Assembly (NCBI GenBank): GCA_051531975.1
Contig: JAOPTT010000012.1
Location: 32,001 to 96,000, forward strand
Length of the DNA: 64,000 nt
Direction of reading: 5' to 3'
From: Spirochaetaceae bacterium
Lineage (GTDB): Bacteria > Spirochaetota > Spirochaetia > DSM-2461
Made by a program: the position numbers and the translations under genes. This document shows, one piece after another, positions 19,563-29,892 of this stretch (its first letter is position 1; each line of letters begins with the position of its first letter). Below the pieces are notes generated by a model. That model searched no databases and was not told the origin of the DNA. It was given only the letters and a program-made list of their open reading frames with translations.

Positions 19563-20771
19563 TTAATCTTTAAAATATTTAACTCTAAGAATATATAGCA
19601 TTATAGACGTAATAAAAGTAAAAATTGCAAGAACTTGCCATGTAAAATTAACACCAAAATTTGTAATAAGTCTCTCTGATAACATTATTCCTAAAGTTCC
19701 AAGTGTAGCAAAGAATATACTAAAGATACTTGTTACCCTACCTCTAAAGTTCTCTGGACAGTGATTTACTACAAAAACAGAGGCATTAGTGAATATAAAC
19801 ACTTCTCCTATACTCCAAATAATTGTTGCAATTATAAAAGATGAATATGAAACTGTAACTGAATAGAGACCAAAACCAATTGTAAAAAGTACTCCACCAA
19901 AGATAATCTGATTTAAAGGTTTTATATTTTTTGTTAGTCTATCTTGAAACAGTGCTAATATTGTTGCTGTTACTGCATTTATACTTATTAGTAGACCAAA
20001 TAAAACTGGACCATCAGCTCCAAACCTTATATTAAGAGTTAGTGGCATTGCAAACTTAGTTTGTTCAAAAATTATCCAAAGACATGAGCAGAAGAACATA
20101 TATAAAACTAGAGGTTTTCTTTTAGATAGTACTGTTATTATATTACCTTCCTCAGCTTTTTCATTTTCACCAATACTCTTTTTTCTAATTCTGTTTAAGT
20201 TTGAACTTTTTATACCTATTGCTACCATAATTACAGAAATTAACATTGTTAATCCATCACCAATAAATAGAAATACTGTATTGTAGTTATAGATAAATCC
20301 GGCAACTGCTAAACCTATTGCAACACCTACATTTATGCCTATATACCTAACTATATATCCTAGTTTTCTCAGCTCTCCAGGAAGAAGATCTGAAATCATA
20401 GCCATTGTTGGTGTTCTGATCATAGAAACTGTAAAGGAAAATAAAATTAGCAGTGGAACAGATATAATTGGATTAGTTATGAATCCACATGTTAGGAGTA
20501 GTAGAGCAGATATTGTTTGAAATATTACAAATATTAATTTACTACTGTATTTATCATTTAATCTTCCACCTAAATAACTACCAGGTACTTTAATAAAGCC
20601 TGAAATTGCAACAATAATACCAGTAATAGGAAGAGAAATTCCTAACTTCTGAGAAAGATATAGTGTTAAAAATGGTACAACAAAATCTCCTATTCTATTA
20701 ATCATTGTTGCTAAACTGAGTATGTATATCTCTTTAGGTAACTTTTTATAATCTTCAATAAATTTTTTCAT
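19563..20771 (-). CDS. MFS transporter (multidrug-type)
   Basis: About 12 hydrophobic segments; GGRLNDKY motif A; PENFRGR. Confidence 0.9.
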   Translation of the reverse strand: MKKFIEDYKKLPKEIYILSLATMINRIGDFVVPFLTLYLSQKLGISLPITGIIVAISGFIKVPGSYLGGRLNDKYSSKLIFVIFQTISALLLLTCGFITNPIISVPLLILFSFTVSMIRTPTMAMISDLLPGELRKLGYIVRYIGINVGVAIGLAVAGFIYNYNTVFLFIGDGLTMLISVIMVAIGIKSSNLNRIRKKSIGENEKAEEGNIITVLSKRKPLVLYMFFCSCLWIIFEQTKFAMPLTLNIRFGADGPVLFGLLISINAVTATILALFQDRLTKNIKPLNQIIFGGVLFTIGFGLYSVTVSYSSFIIATIIWSIGEVFIFTNASVFVVNHCPENFRGRVTSIFSIFFATLGTLGIMLSERLITNFGVNFTWQVLAIFTFITSIMLYILRVKYFKD

Positions 20772-20839
20772 GAGAATATCCTATCACTTTTTTATCATTA
20801 AAAAATAGGTTAATATTGAATAAAATTAGGAGTTAAAAA

Positions 20840-21640
20840 ATGATAAACAACAAAATAATATATCAAGTTGATTCTTTTACCACTGAAGCTTTTAAAGGTA
20901 ATCCTGCTGGAGTAATGATCGTTGATAAAGATTTCACAGAAAAGTTAAAACAAAATATTGCAATGGAGATGAATCTTTCAGAAACAGCTTTTATAGTACC
21001 TAATGGAAATAGTTTTGATATAAGATTTTTTACTCCAATAGATGAGATCCCTCTGTGTGGACATGCGACCCTGGCAAGTGCATTTATATTATATGAGACT
21101 GGTGCTGTAAATAAATCTGATTCAATTATTTTTAATTCAAAAGTTGGTGAACTAATAATTGAAAATATCGATGGTTGGATTAGCATGAACTTACCAAGGT
21201 TTCCAGTTAAGAGAATTGATTTAATACCTAATCTTAAAGATATTATAGGTTTTGAACCCTCCCAGTTATATGAAAGTAGTTATCAGTGGAAAATTGCAGT
21301 TGCTAAATGTGAAGAAGATATAAAAAATATAAAACCAAATCTTGATAAATTACTAGAACTAAATCTAGGGCACCTTATGGTCACAGCAAAAAGCGAAGTA
21401 ACAGATTCTGATTTTGTTGTTAGATGTTTTGTTCCCTTAATGGGTATCCCTGAAGATCCTGTAACAGGTTCGGCTCACTGTGCATTAACACCATTATGGG
21501 CAGATAAATTAGATAAAACAGATCTGATGTCAGTACAACTTTCAGAACGTACAGGCAGATTAAAACTCCGGTTATTAGACGACAGAGTAGAGATAAAAGG
21601 GCAAGCTAAATTAATATTTAAAGCTGACTTATCTCTATAA
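20840..21640 (+). CDS. PhzF family isomerase
   Basis: Motifs VDSFT...GNPAG, NLSETAF, LCGHATLA and EDPVTGSAH. Confidence 0.93.
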   Translation: MINNKIIYQVDSFTTEAFKGNPAGVMIVDKDFTEKLKQNIAMEMNLSETAFIVPNGNSFDIRFFTPIDEIPLCGHATLASAFILYETGAVNKSDSIIFNSKVGELIIENIDGWISMNLPRFPVKRIDLIPNLKDIIGFEPSQLYESSYQWKIAVAKCEEDIKNIKPNLDKLLELNLGHLMVTAKSEVTDSDFVVRCFVPLMGIPEDPVTGSAHCALTPLWADKLDKTDLMSVQLSERTGRLKLRLLDDRVEIKGQAKLIFKADLSL

Positions 21641-22201
21641 TTTTAACCCTAACATTGTGGAATCATATAATTGTTTTAACATAACTTCTGATTTAATTAT
21701 TCGTTTACGAATTATAGATTCTGCAATACTTAATATAGGGGAGAAGTATAACGCTATAGCAACTTCAATATGCATTGGTTTAAACATATTATTTTTTATA
21801 CCTTTTTCAAAAAAAGATATAGCTATTTGACTTAATTCTAAGCAGTTTTCTCTGATTGTATCGGTTACTAGGTTTGAGTGTTCTACTTGATTTAAAACTC
21901 TAAGTTTTTTAGGATTATCGATAAAAAAATCTACATGAGATAACCAGATAGAATAACTTGTTTGGTTAAAATACATTTCATCAGATAAGTTAATTTTGAC
22001 AGAATCATTAAGTTCAGTTTTAATTTCCATATAGGAAGCAATTATCATTTCATCTTTGTTTCCAAAATGTCTATAGATCATGGCTTCACTTAACTTTGCT
22101 TGTTTTGCGATTTTTGCTGTAGTTACACTATTGAGGCCATTTGTATAAATAGCCTCTATAGTTGCACTTATTAACTTATCTTTTGAATTTGGATTTTTCA
22201 T
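21635..22201 (-). CDS. TetR/AcrR family regulator
   Basis: HTH TTAKIAKQAKLSEAMIYRHFGNKDEM. Confidence 0.9.
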   Translation of the reverse strand: MKNPNSKDKLISATIEAIYTNGLNSVTTAKIAKQAKLSEAMIYRHFGNKDEMIIASYMEIKTELNDSVKINLSDEMYFNQTSYSIWLSHVDFFIDNPKKLRVLNQVEHSNLVTDTIRENCLELSQIAISFFEKGIKNNMFKPMHIEVAIALYFSPILSIAESIIRKRIIKSEVMLKQLYDSTMLGLKL

Positions 22202-23242
22202 CTAAATTAAATTATCCTTTCTTATCTGTTCTACATGATCAACAACACAATCATTAAGTGTATGATATTTAATGTCTAACTCATTAATACTACGTGTATT
22301 TTTAAAGTTTAATGAATATCCTATGTTATTTTTAACATATTTTCTTGTAAAACCTACTATTGGGGCTAATAGCCAGACAATAAACTTTGGCACACTATTT
22401 TTAGGTACATTATATGTACCAGGGTAAGCTGTATCTATAATTTTTCCTATAGTTAAAAGGTTTCCATTATCATTTGCAATTATATATCTACCAGATGCTT
22501 TTGTATTAAATGCCGCTAGTATATGACCGCTAGATATATCTCTAACATCGGAAAAAATAAAACCTAAATCAGGAGCACCACTTTTTAATTCACCTCTTAA
22601 TATCCTAAGTATAGTATTGATACTAGTTGAATCTACTCTTTTAGTTAAAGATGGTCCTAATACAAAACCTGGGTGAATTGTTACTAAGTCCCACTTATCT
22701 TGTTTTTTTGCTATTTCCCATGCAGCTTTTTCTGCCATAGTTTTAGAATAACTATATGCATTATGTGTTAATGAACTAGTTTTATTCCACACTGTTTCGT
22801 CTAGATATTCTAGGTTATTGTTTACCAAATCTTGGTTATCACCATAAATTGCTGCTAAGCTACTAGTTAAAACAACTCTCTTTACAGATCCTGACCTATT
22901 TACAGCTTCTAATAAATTCACTGTCCCATCAACAGCCGGATCTACTAATTTTTTTTGAGTATCACCTTTGTCATCTAAAAAGAATGGTGATGCTGTATGC
23001 ATTACATAATCAGCTCCATTAACAGCTTGATCAAATGATCCTTTTACTAATAGATCTGATTGAAAAACTTCTAACGTACCATTACTGTCTTGTTCAATAT
23101 CTAATAAGTGTTGATATTTTGCTGTATTAGACCTATCTCTAACAGTAATTCTAACTATATGTCCCTGTTCCAATAAGTCTTTAACTATCCAAGACGCTAT
23201 GTAGCCTGTACCACCTGTTACTGTAACTATATTTTTTCCCAT
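22202..23242 (-). CDS. NAD-dependent epimerase/dehydratase (aldehyde/dihydroflavonol reductase-like)
   Basis: Motifs TGGTGYIA, HTASPF, VKRVVLTSS and YSYSK. Confidence 0.9.
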   Translation of the reverse strand: MGKNIVTVTGGTGYIASWIVKDLLEQGHIVRITVRDRSNTAKYQHLLDIEQDSNGTLEVFQSDLLVKGSFDQAVNGADYVMHTASPFFLDDKGDTQKKLVDPAVDGTVNLLEAVNRSGSVKRVVLTSSLAAIYGDNQDLVNNNLEYLDETVWNKTSSLTHNAYSYSKTMAEKAAWEIAKKQDKWDLVTIHPGFVLGPSLTKRVDSTSINTILRILRGELKSGAPDLGFIFSDVRDISSGHILAAFNTKASGRYIIANDNGNLLTIGKIIDTAYPGTYNVPKNSVPKFIVWLLAPIVGFTRKYVKNNIGYSLNFKNTRSINELDIKYHTLNDCVVDHVEQIRKDNLI

Positions 23243-23260
23243 TTTTAATTCCTCTTGTAC

Positions 23261-23278
23261 TTAGTAAGTACTTACTAA
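23261..23278. promoter_or_regulatory. Perfect 18-bp palindrome, probable TetR operator
   Basis: TTAGTAAGTACTTACTAA lies between a minus-strand TTGACT...TATTTT promoter and the GAGG RBS of the reductase. Confidence 0.75.
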
Positions 23279-23333
23279 CTAAAATAATATTAAAATAAAT
23301 CAAAGTCAACAATAAAAAGATGTGTACATTTAA

Positions 23334-23366
23334 ATACAGCAAGATTAAACTCTATTCTTGCTGTAT
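23334..23366 (-). terminator. Intrinsic terminator after pyrF
   Basis: 11-bp stem ATACAGCAAGA...TCTTGCTGTAT. Confidence 0.65.
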
Positions 23367-23373
23367 CTATTGG

Positions 23374-24165
23374 TTATCTGTATAAGTTAATTTCGTCTCG
23401 AAGTGTTTTAGCAGCTAAACCTGGGTTTTCTGCATATATAATACCTCTTGATGAATTAATGATCATTCCATTTCCATCTGATGTTGTTCCAGCTTGGACA
23501 GCTTTTTTTACATCTCCACCCTGAGCTCCAATGCCTGGAGTTAAAAATGGTATATCTCCAATTATGGATCTTATTTCTTTAAGTTCACCAGGGTAGGTTG
23601 CCCCAACAACTAAAAGGATGTTTCTGTTTTTATTCCACTCGTTAGCTGCTTTCGCTGCTACATGCATATATAATGGTTTGCCATCAATCTGTAAATCTTG
23701 TAAGTCGATTGCTCCTGGATTTGATGTTCTACATAATATTATAGTACCTTTATCCTTTTGGTCTAAAAATGGTTGTAAAGTATCTCCACCCATATATGGG
23801 TTAACTGTAACTGAATCTGCTTTGTAACGTGTAAATGCTTCTTTAACATACATTTCTGCAGTAGAACCAATGTCTCCACGTTTTGCATCTAATATTACTG
23901 GTATTCCAGGGTAACTTTCGTGGATGTAGTTAATTGTAAGTTCCAAGTCTCTCTCTTTTCCAACACCATTGTAATATGCAATTTGAGGTTTGTAACAACA
24001 CACAAACTCAGCAGTAGAATCAATAATATCTTTGTTGAAATCAAATAGTGGAGTTTCTGAATCTCTGTATTTAGCTGGTATTTTATTAATGTCTCCATCT
24101 AATCCTACACATAGCAGAGTATTATTCTCTGTCCATCTCTTTTTTACTAAATCCATAAATGTCAT
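23374..24165 (-). CDS. pyrF: Orotidine-5'-phosphate decarboxylase
   Basis: Motifs LCVGLD, YKPQIAY, DAKRGDIGST and PGIGAQGG. Start MTFMDL at 24165 follows AAGGAG. Confidence 0.96.
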   Translation of the reverse strand: MTFMDLVKKRWTENNTLLCVGLDGDINKIPAKYRDSETPLFDFNKDIIDSTAEFVCCYKPQIAYYNGVGKERDLELTINYIHESYPGIPVILDAKRGDIGSTAEMYVKEAFTRYKADSVTVNPYMGGDTLQPFLDQKDKGTIILCRTSNPGAIDLQDLQIDGKPLYMHVAAKAANEWNKNRNILLVVGATYPGELKEIRSIIGDIPFLTPGIGAQGGDVKKAVQAGTTSDGNGMIINSSRGIIYAENPGLAAKTLRDEINLYR

Positions 24166-24261
24166 ATATGTTCTCCTTACACCTGTATCATATATATAGG
24201 AATAAAGAATTTCAATAAGTAATCTATTTCTATTGTAAATGTAGGGTGTCATGTTAAATAT

Positions 24262-26283
24262 TTAGGATAATTGTTTTTTGAAATTATTTGGTAGTTTTAT
24301 ATTATCCAATAGTTGGCCTAAGTCAGAAATCTTAAAAGGTTTTTGTATAAAACCAGCTAATCCTAGTCTCATAAGTTCATTTATATTTTCATCTTTATTA
24401 TAACCTGATGATATAATGGCAATACAGTTATCATTAATAGACTTCATATGTTTAAATGATTCACTTCCGTTCATATTGGGCATCATCATATCTAAAATTA
24501 CAATATCTATAGTTGAATAATTGCTTTTATAAATTTCTACAGCTTCTTTACCATCTTTTGCTAAAATTACATTATATCCTAAGATTGTTAATATATCTTC
24601 ACCTATTGTTCGATTAAAATCTTCGTCATCAACAAATAATATTGTCTCTGTTCCCTTAATAATTTCATCTTGAATAATTTTGGTCTTGGTTTGTTTTTTA
24701 ATTATAGGTAATAGTAAAGTAAAAGTTGTACCCACTGTTAATTCACTATTAACAATTATTGCACCTCGGTGATCTAGTATCGCCCTATATATTGCAGATA
24801 AACCTAAACCAGTTCCCTGTCCTAACTTCTTAGTTGTAAAAAATGGGTCATATATCTTTGTTAGATTCTCTTCAGAGATCCCACATCCATTGTCTTTAAT
24901 CTGTATTTTAATATAATCTCCAGATTTCAAATCAAACTGACTTGATTCACAATATTTTTTGTCTAATTGAATCTCATCAACTAATATAGATATTTCTCCA
25001 ATATTATCAATCGCTTGGCTTGCATTTAAACATAAGTTCATAATAGCATTTTGTATTGCAGATGTATCACCATAGAAATGTAAATCTTCAGAATAAAAAG
25101 ATGTTTTAATTGTAATTTTTTTATCTATAGTATTATCTAGAATTTCTGTTGTATCTAAAATCACTTTTTTTATATCTATAATAGAAAAAATAGAATCGCT
25201 TTTCCTTGAAAAAAGTAGTAGTTTTTTTATTAGGTTTGATGCTCTTACAGAAGCGTTTATGATTAAATCTAAATATTTAATATTTGTTTCACTCTGATCA
25301 TCAGAAGTCAGTATTAATTGTGTGGCACCCATTATTCCATTTAAAATATTATTAAAATCATGGGCCATACCACCAGCGATCTGTCCCACAGCTTCCATTT
25401 TTTGTGATTGGAATAGTTGCTTTTGTAATTGGGATAAATATTCTTCATTTTTTTTTCGAAGATCTATATCTTGAAAATATCCGGCAATATTTGTTAAAAT
25501 TTTATCTGTATAAATGGCCTCACCTTTTGCGTGGACCCATTTTGCTTCTTTTTTACTAGTAATAATTTGTGCCTCAAAATCAAAAGGATTTCCTGTTTCA
25601 ATTGTATTTGTTATTGAATCAGTAACAAGTTTAACAAAATCTGGGTGATAGTTATTTATTGCTTTTTCTAATGTTGGAATATAACTAAAGTCCAGATCAT
25701 GAATTCTATAAACTTCATCTGTCCATATTAGTTCTTCTGTTATTAGGTTTAGATCCCAACCACCAACTTTTGAAATTTTGTTAGTATCATTTAATAACTT
25801 TTTACTTTTTTTAAGTTCCAATTCAGTTTTTTTAAGAAGGCTAATTTCTTCGATACTAGACCAGATATATTTATTACCATCAAACTCAATAATTCTACCG
25901 TTTAATCTAACTTGTACTAACTCACCATTTTTTTTTATATACTCTTTTTCATAAGGGCCATAAAATCCATGTTTATTCAAAATAATGATAATTTCATCTT
26001 CTTGAGGTTTGTATTTTTTAGGAGTAATTTGCCAATAGGATAATGCATGTACTTCATCAATTGAATAACCAATAATATCAGCATACGCTTTATTTACATC
26101 TACTAAATTCCCTTCTAAATCAGTTAATGCTAAACCAATTGGTAATTGATCATATAATTCTTGATAAAAAAAATCATGGTTGAACTTAATAGTATTTCCT
26201 TCTTTATTATTATTATTATTTTTTCTTAATTGTTTCAATTCTGAGATTAGTTCTTCTTTTGTTTTATTGGCATCATCTTTCAA
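24262..26283 (-). CDS. Cytoplasmic PAS-PAS hybrid histidine kinase (HisKA-HATPase-REC)
   Basis: Motifs GGMAHDFNNIL, NLCLNA, DPFFTTK, GTGLGL and receiver DMMMP. TTG start. Confidence 0.93.
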   Translation of the reverse strand: MKDDANKTKEELISELKQLRKNNNNNKEGNTIKFNHDFFYQELYDQLPIGLALTDLEGNLVDVNKAYADIIGYSIDEVHALSYWQITPKKYKPQEDEIIIILNKHGFYGPYEKEYIKKNGELVQVRLNGRIIEFDGNKYIWSSIEEISLLKKTELELKKSKKLLNDTNKISKVGGWDLNLITEELIWTDEVYRIHDLDFSYIPTLEKAINNYHPDFVKLVTDSITNTIETGNPFDFEAQIITSKKEAKWVHAKGEAIYTDKILTNIAGYFQDIDLRKKNEEYLSQLQKQLFQSQKMEAVGQIAGGMAHDFNNILNGIMGATQLILTSDDQSETNIKYLDLIINASVRASNLIKKLLLFSRKSDSIFSIIDIKKVILDTTEILDNTIDKKITIKTSFYSEDLHFYGDTSAIQNAIMNLCLNASQAIDNIGEISILVDEIQLDKKYCESSQFDLKSGDYIKIQIKDNGCGISEENLTKIYDPFFTTKKLGQGTGLGLSAIYRAILDHRGAIIVNSELTVGTTFTLLLPIIKKQTKTKIIQDEIIKGTETILFVDDEDFNRTIGEDILTILGYNVILAKDGKEAVEIYKSNYSTIDIVILDMMMPNMNGSESFKHMKSINDNCIAIISSGYNKDENINELMRLGLAGFIQKPFKISDLGQLLDNIKLPNNFKKQLS

Positions 26284-26372
26284 AACATATCCTAATTAGC
26301 AATATATTATAATTATAATTTAAAAATATGCATCTCACAACTTATATTTTCAAAATGAAACAAATCTATTTG

Positions 26373-26410
26373 ACCTATATGACTAATAATGCTATATTAG
26401 CCATATAGGT
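26373..26410. promoter_or_regulatory. Inverted repeat overlapping the TetR-ABC promoter (probable operator)
   Basis: ACCTATATGACTAATA-N6-TATTAGCCATATAGGT (1 mismatch) overlaps TTGACC-17-TATATT. Confidence 0.75.
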
Positions 26411-26421
26411 TTGGAGGTAGT

Positions 26422-27021
26422 ATGCCAAGAGGGTTTACAGATATAGAATCAAATTATTATAGAAATAGACTTTTAGAAGTTGGATCTGATCTTTTTAGTA
26501 AAGGTGGATTAACTGGGGTTAGTATCGACCAAATTGTAAAAGAGGTAGGTATTTCGAAGGGATCCTTTTATAAGTTTTTTAAAAATAAAGAAGATCTATG
26601 TTACGACTGTTTAATGAAGTTAGAAAACGATACTAGGGCTGGGATAGAAGAGCAATTAAGTAAATATAAACATGATCCAGCACTTTTATTAAAAATGGTC
26701 ATAACAGATATCCCCCAAATAATAGAGAAGCACCCACTAATTAGTATATTTCAGAAACCCCAGGATTTAGAAGCTCTAATGTTAAGAGTTGATCCTAAAA
26801 AACATGAAGATAATTACAATGGAGATTCACTTTTTTTAGGCAGACTATTAAGTGAATCTACTATAAGTACATCAGAACAAAATTCTTTAACAGCTCTTAT
26901 ATGGGCTATTGTTCTAATGTCTTTTAATAAAGATTTTTTTAATGGTCAGTTTGATAATATTGTAAATTTACTTGCTGACATGGCACAAAGTCATTTTTCA
27001 GATAGGAGGATATCAGATTGA
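26422..27021 (+). CDS. TetR/AcrR family regulator
   Basis: MPRGFT start; HTH VGISKGSFYKFFKNKEDL. Confidence 0.92.
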   Translation: MPRGFTDIESNYYRNRLLEVGSDLFSKGGLTGVSIDQIVKEVGISKGSFYKFFKNKEDLCYDCLMKLENDTRAGIEEQLSKYKHDPALLLKMVITDIPQIIEKHPLISIFQKPQDLEALMLRVDPKKHEDNYNGDSLFLGRLLSESTISTSEQNSLTALIWAIVLMSFNKDFFNGQFDNIVNLLADMAQSHFSDRRISD

Positions 27022-27872
27022 TAACTGTAGATAATTTAAAGTTTAAATACAAAAATAACAAAAGTGAAACCATCCATGGAATGAGTTTTAAAGTATCTCA
27101 CGGGGAGATTTTTGGTTTTTTAGGCCCTTCTGGAGCTGGGAAGAGTACTACACAGAAAATTTTAACTGGTTTAAACACAGGTTACAGTGGTAGTGCAAAA
27201 GTTAATGGTTTAGAAATAAACAGACAGGGCAGAGAATATTACGAGGATATTGGTGTTTCCTTTGAACTTCCAAACTTGTATTCACAATTCACAGCCCGGG
27301 AAAATTTAGATTTTTTCTCATCATTTTATAGTGGTTCCGTTGCAGATATAGATAATTTATTAGAAAGTGTAGGTTTAACTCCCGATGCAGATCGTAAAGT
27401 TAGTACATTTTCAAAAGGTATGAAGATGAGGTTAAATTTTATTAGAGCATTTTTAAATAACCCTAAACTAGTATTTTTAGATGAACCAACAAGTGGATTA
27501 GATCCTGTTAATGCTAGTTTGATAAAAGACATTATATTAGAAAAAAGAGCCCTAGGGACAACAGTATTCATTACGACCCATAACATGCAGGTAGCTTCAG
27601 AAATATGTGATAGAGTTGCATTTGTTGTGGATGGTGAGATTAAACTGACTGATACACCTAAAAACCTTATGTATAAATATGGGAAAAAAGAAGTTCGAAT
27701 AGAATATTTATCAGATAATGAAACTAAAATAGTTGATTTTGACTTAGAAACTATAAAAAACAATAGTGAGTTCAAAGAGATCATAAATACTAAAGAGTTA
27801 AAAACTATACATAGTAACGATGCTACTCTAGACGATGTATTTATAGAGGTTACTGGAAGGAGTTTAAAATGA
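27018..27872 (+). CDS. ABC exporter ATP-binding subunit (fluoroquinolone-export type)
   Basis: Walker A GPSGAGKS, signature FSKGMK, Walker B FLDEP, H-loop TTH. TTG start after AGGAGG. Confidence 0.93.
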   Translation: MITVDNLKFKYKNNKSETIHGMSFKVSHGEIFGFLGPSGAGKSTTQKILTGLNTGYSGSAKVNGLEINRQGREYYEDIGVSFELPNLYSQFTARENLDFFSSFYSGSVADIDNLLESVGLTPDADRKVSTFSKGMKMRLNFIRAFLNNPKLVFLDEPTSGLDPVNASLIKDIILEKRALGTTVFITTHNMQVASEICDRVAFVVDGEIKLTDTPKNLMYKYGKKEVRIEYLSDNETKIVDFDLETIKNNSEFKEIINTKELKTIHSNDATLDDVFIEVTGRSLK

Positions 27873-28564
27873 ACTACTTACCAGCTTTAATAAAGCAGGA
27901 TATTAAATTCCAATTTAGACATGGTTTTTATCTTGTTTATGGAATTATAACAGTTATTTATGCAGTTTTACTTAAATTATTAAGTATAAATGTTGCTTCA
28001 ATTATTTCACCCATAATTATATTCTCAGATCCAACATTTATAGGTTTTTTATTTATTGGTGCAATACTATTTTTTGAAAGGGAACAGAGAATTACTGAAG
28101 TCCTGTTTATTACACCAATAACAAAAAGTGCTTATATTTTATCCAAGTGTATATCACTAACAACAATCTCTTTACTAGTTGTCATAATAATAACTTTAGT
28201 CATTCATGGACCGTTTATAAACTGGTTTTATCTTCTTTTAGGGGTAACATTAACATCATTTATTTTTATACTTTTGGGGATGTTAATATCAAATTACCTT
28301 AAAAAAGTTACTACATATATGGTTGTTGGTGGTTTATGTCTATCTCCTGCAAGTATGCCAATTCTATATTATTTAGGCTTAAGTGATTCAAAACTTTTTT
28401 ATTTAATTCCTACAACTGCATCGATAAAACTTATAGATGCATCAATAAATGGTGGTATATCTGGTATGGATTTCCTATATTCCTTTTTATATTTAACCGT
28501 TTTAACTGCAATACTGTTCAAACTATTAATAAAAATTAAAGGAGCCGACGGTGAAGATATTTAA
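27869..28564 (+). CDS. ABC-2 type exporter permease
   Basis: Hydrophobic; DIKFQFRHGFY and FIGAILFFERE motifs; coupled to the ATPase gene. Confidence 0.85.
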   Translation: MNYLPALIKQDIKFQFRHGFYLVYGIITVIYAVLLKLLSINVASIISPIIIFSDPTFIGFLFIGAILFFEREQRITEVLFITPITKSAYILSKCISLTTISLLVVIIITLVIHGPFINWFYLLLGVTLTSFIFILLGMLISNYLKKVTTYMVVGGLCLSPASMPILYYLGLSDSKLFYLIPTTASIKLIDASINGGISGMDFLYSFLYLTVLTAILFKLLIKIKGADGEDI

Positions 28565-29243
28565 AATTTTAACTGGTCAAAAAAGAAGTCTTTTTAGAGA
28601 TCCGATGACACTTTTTTTAACATTTATACCATTTCTTATTTTTGGATTAGTTAGATTTGGGTTGCCTATTTTAAATACATATATTATTGAATGGGTGGAT
28701 TTATACCATCATTATGAATTTATTATGCTTACACTCTACTTAGTAACTCCATTGTTACTAGGTATGGTTTTTGGTTTTTTATTAATGGATGAGAGAGATC
28801 TAGACGTTTTAACCTATATTTCAGTTACACCAGTTTCATTAAAAGGATATATAATAATAAAAACGATTACTGGATCTGTAATTGGTTTTTTATTTAATAT
28901 CATATTGGCAATTCTTATAAAAGATAAGATTGATATAAGGTTAATAATTACTCTTTTATTATCATCTATTTTAGTTCCATATTATGCTTTAGCAATATTC
29001 ACATTTTCAAAAAATAAAGTTGAAGGATTAACTAAAGGAAAGTTAATGGGGTTTACTCTATTTGCGGCATTTGTTCCTTATTTTACCGTAACAAAATTAA
29101 GCTTTTTATTGGGAATTTTCCCTCCCTTTTGGTTAGAGAAGATTTATTTTGCATTAAATATAAAAGAACTAATTATTTATACCCTATTTGGACTGTTGTC
29201 GCTGTTTTTATCTCTGTCCCTTCTATATAGGAGGATAACTTGA
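28551..29243 (+). CDS. ABC-2 type exporter permease
   Basis: Hydrophobic; GFLLMDERD, SVTPVS and NKVEG motifs. Confidence 0.85.
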   Translation: MKIFKILTGQKRSLFRDPMTLFLTFIPFLIFGLVRFGLPILNTYIIEWVDLYHHYEFIMLTLYLVTPLLLGMVFGFLLMDERDLDVLTYISVTPVSLKGYIIIKTITGSVIGFLFNIILAILIKDKIDIRLIITLLLSSILVPYYALAIFTFSKNKVEGLTKGKLMGFTLFAAFVPYFTVTKLSFLLGIFPPFWLEKIYFALNIKELIIYTLFGLLSLFLSLSLLYRRIT

Positions 29244-29501
29244 CAATCACCAGGAGACGTTATTATCTGTTCAAATACAGATGGTAATGTAAAATGTGGG
29301 GAGCATTTTAACTGTTCATTCTGTAATTTTAGAGATGCTGTTAGAGAATTTTTTTATTACAAAAAAGATATTATTAATAGACCAATTAGAATTCTTAAAC
29401 AATCTAAAAATTAGCCAGAATTATTAGATCTAGTTTTTTCATCTAGTTACCTTGATAATTCACAGATACCACTTGCAGTTATTACGATGATTCCTATATA
29501 A
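29244..29501 (+). pseudogene. Remnant of a Cys-rich PAS-like sensor domain
   Basis: Start-less frame QSPGDVIICSNTDGNVKCGEHFNCSFCNFRDAV... with an internal TAG at 29412. Confidence 0.5.
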
Positions 29502-29530
29502 AGAACAGTTATACTAAGAACAGTTATACT
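29501..29530. repeat. Exact 15-bp tandem duplication
   Basis: AAGAACAGTTATACT x2; the second copy contains the siaC stop codon. Confidence 0.9.
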
Positions 29531-29892
29531 TCTATTATTTTATATGTAAGGGAAAGATCTTCTAACAATTCTTCACCAGTCTCTTTTACCATCTCATTAT
29601 CTTTATCATAGAGCCAATGAACCTCTATTTTTTTACCTTTATTAAAAGCTTCATCTAGGATATCAAAAATATAGAACAGTGCTTTTGTACTAGTTGTATT
29701 AATATATAATAGTTTAATCTTTAATATAAATTCATCGTCTATGCTGTAAATATTATCATTTAGCCATTCTATAATTGGTTCATAAAACTTGCTAGAATTT
29801 TCAGGGTATGAATGTCCTTCTATAATATACTGCTTACTTGTAATATCTAGGAATATTCTTGGAGTTGATTTTCCGGCAATTATATTAATCAT
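29524..29892 (-). CDS. siaC: SiaC family (DUF1987) regulatory phosphoprotein
   Basis: Motifs STPRI, GHSYPENS, YINTTSTK (phosphosite region), WLYDKDNE and GEEL. Confidence 0.85.
   Translation of the reverse strand: MINIIAGKSTPRIFLDITSKQYIIEGHSYPENSSKFYEPIIEWLNDNIYSIDDEFILKIKLLYINTTSTKALFYIFDILDEAFNKGKKIEVHWLYDKDNEMVKETGEELLEDLSLTYKIIEV

Noticed and set aside
29232..29287. AGGAGG followed by a 15-codon TTG ORF at 29240
   Set aside because: Too short and without support; the Cys-rich relic lies in a different frame.
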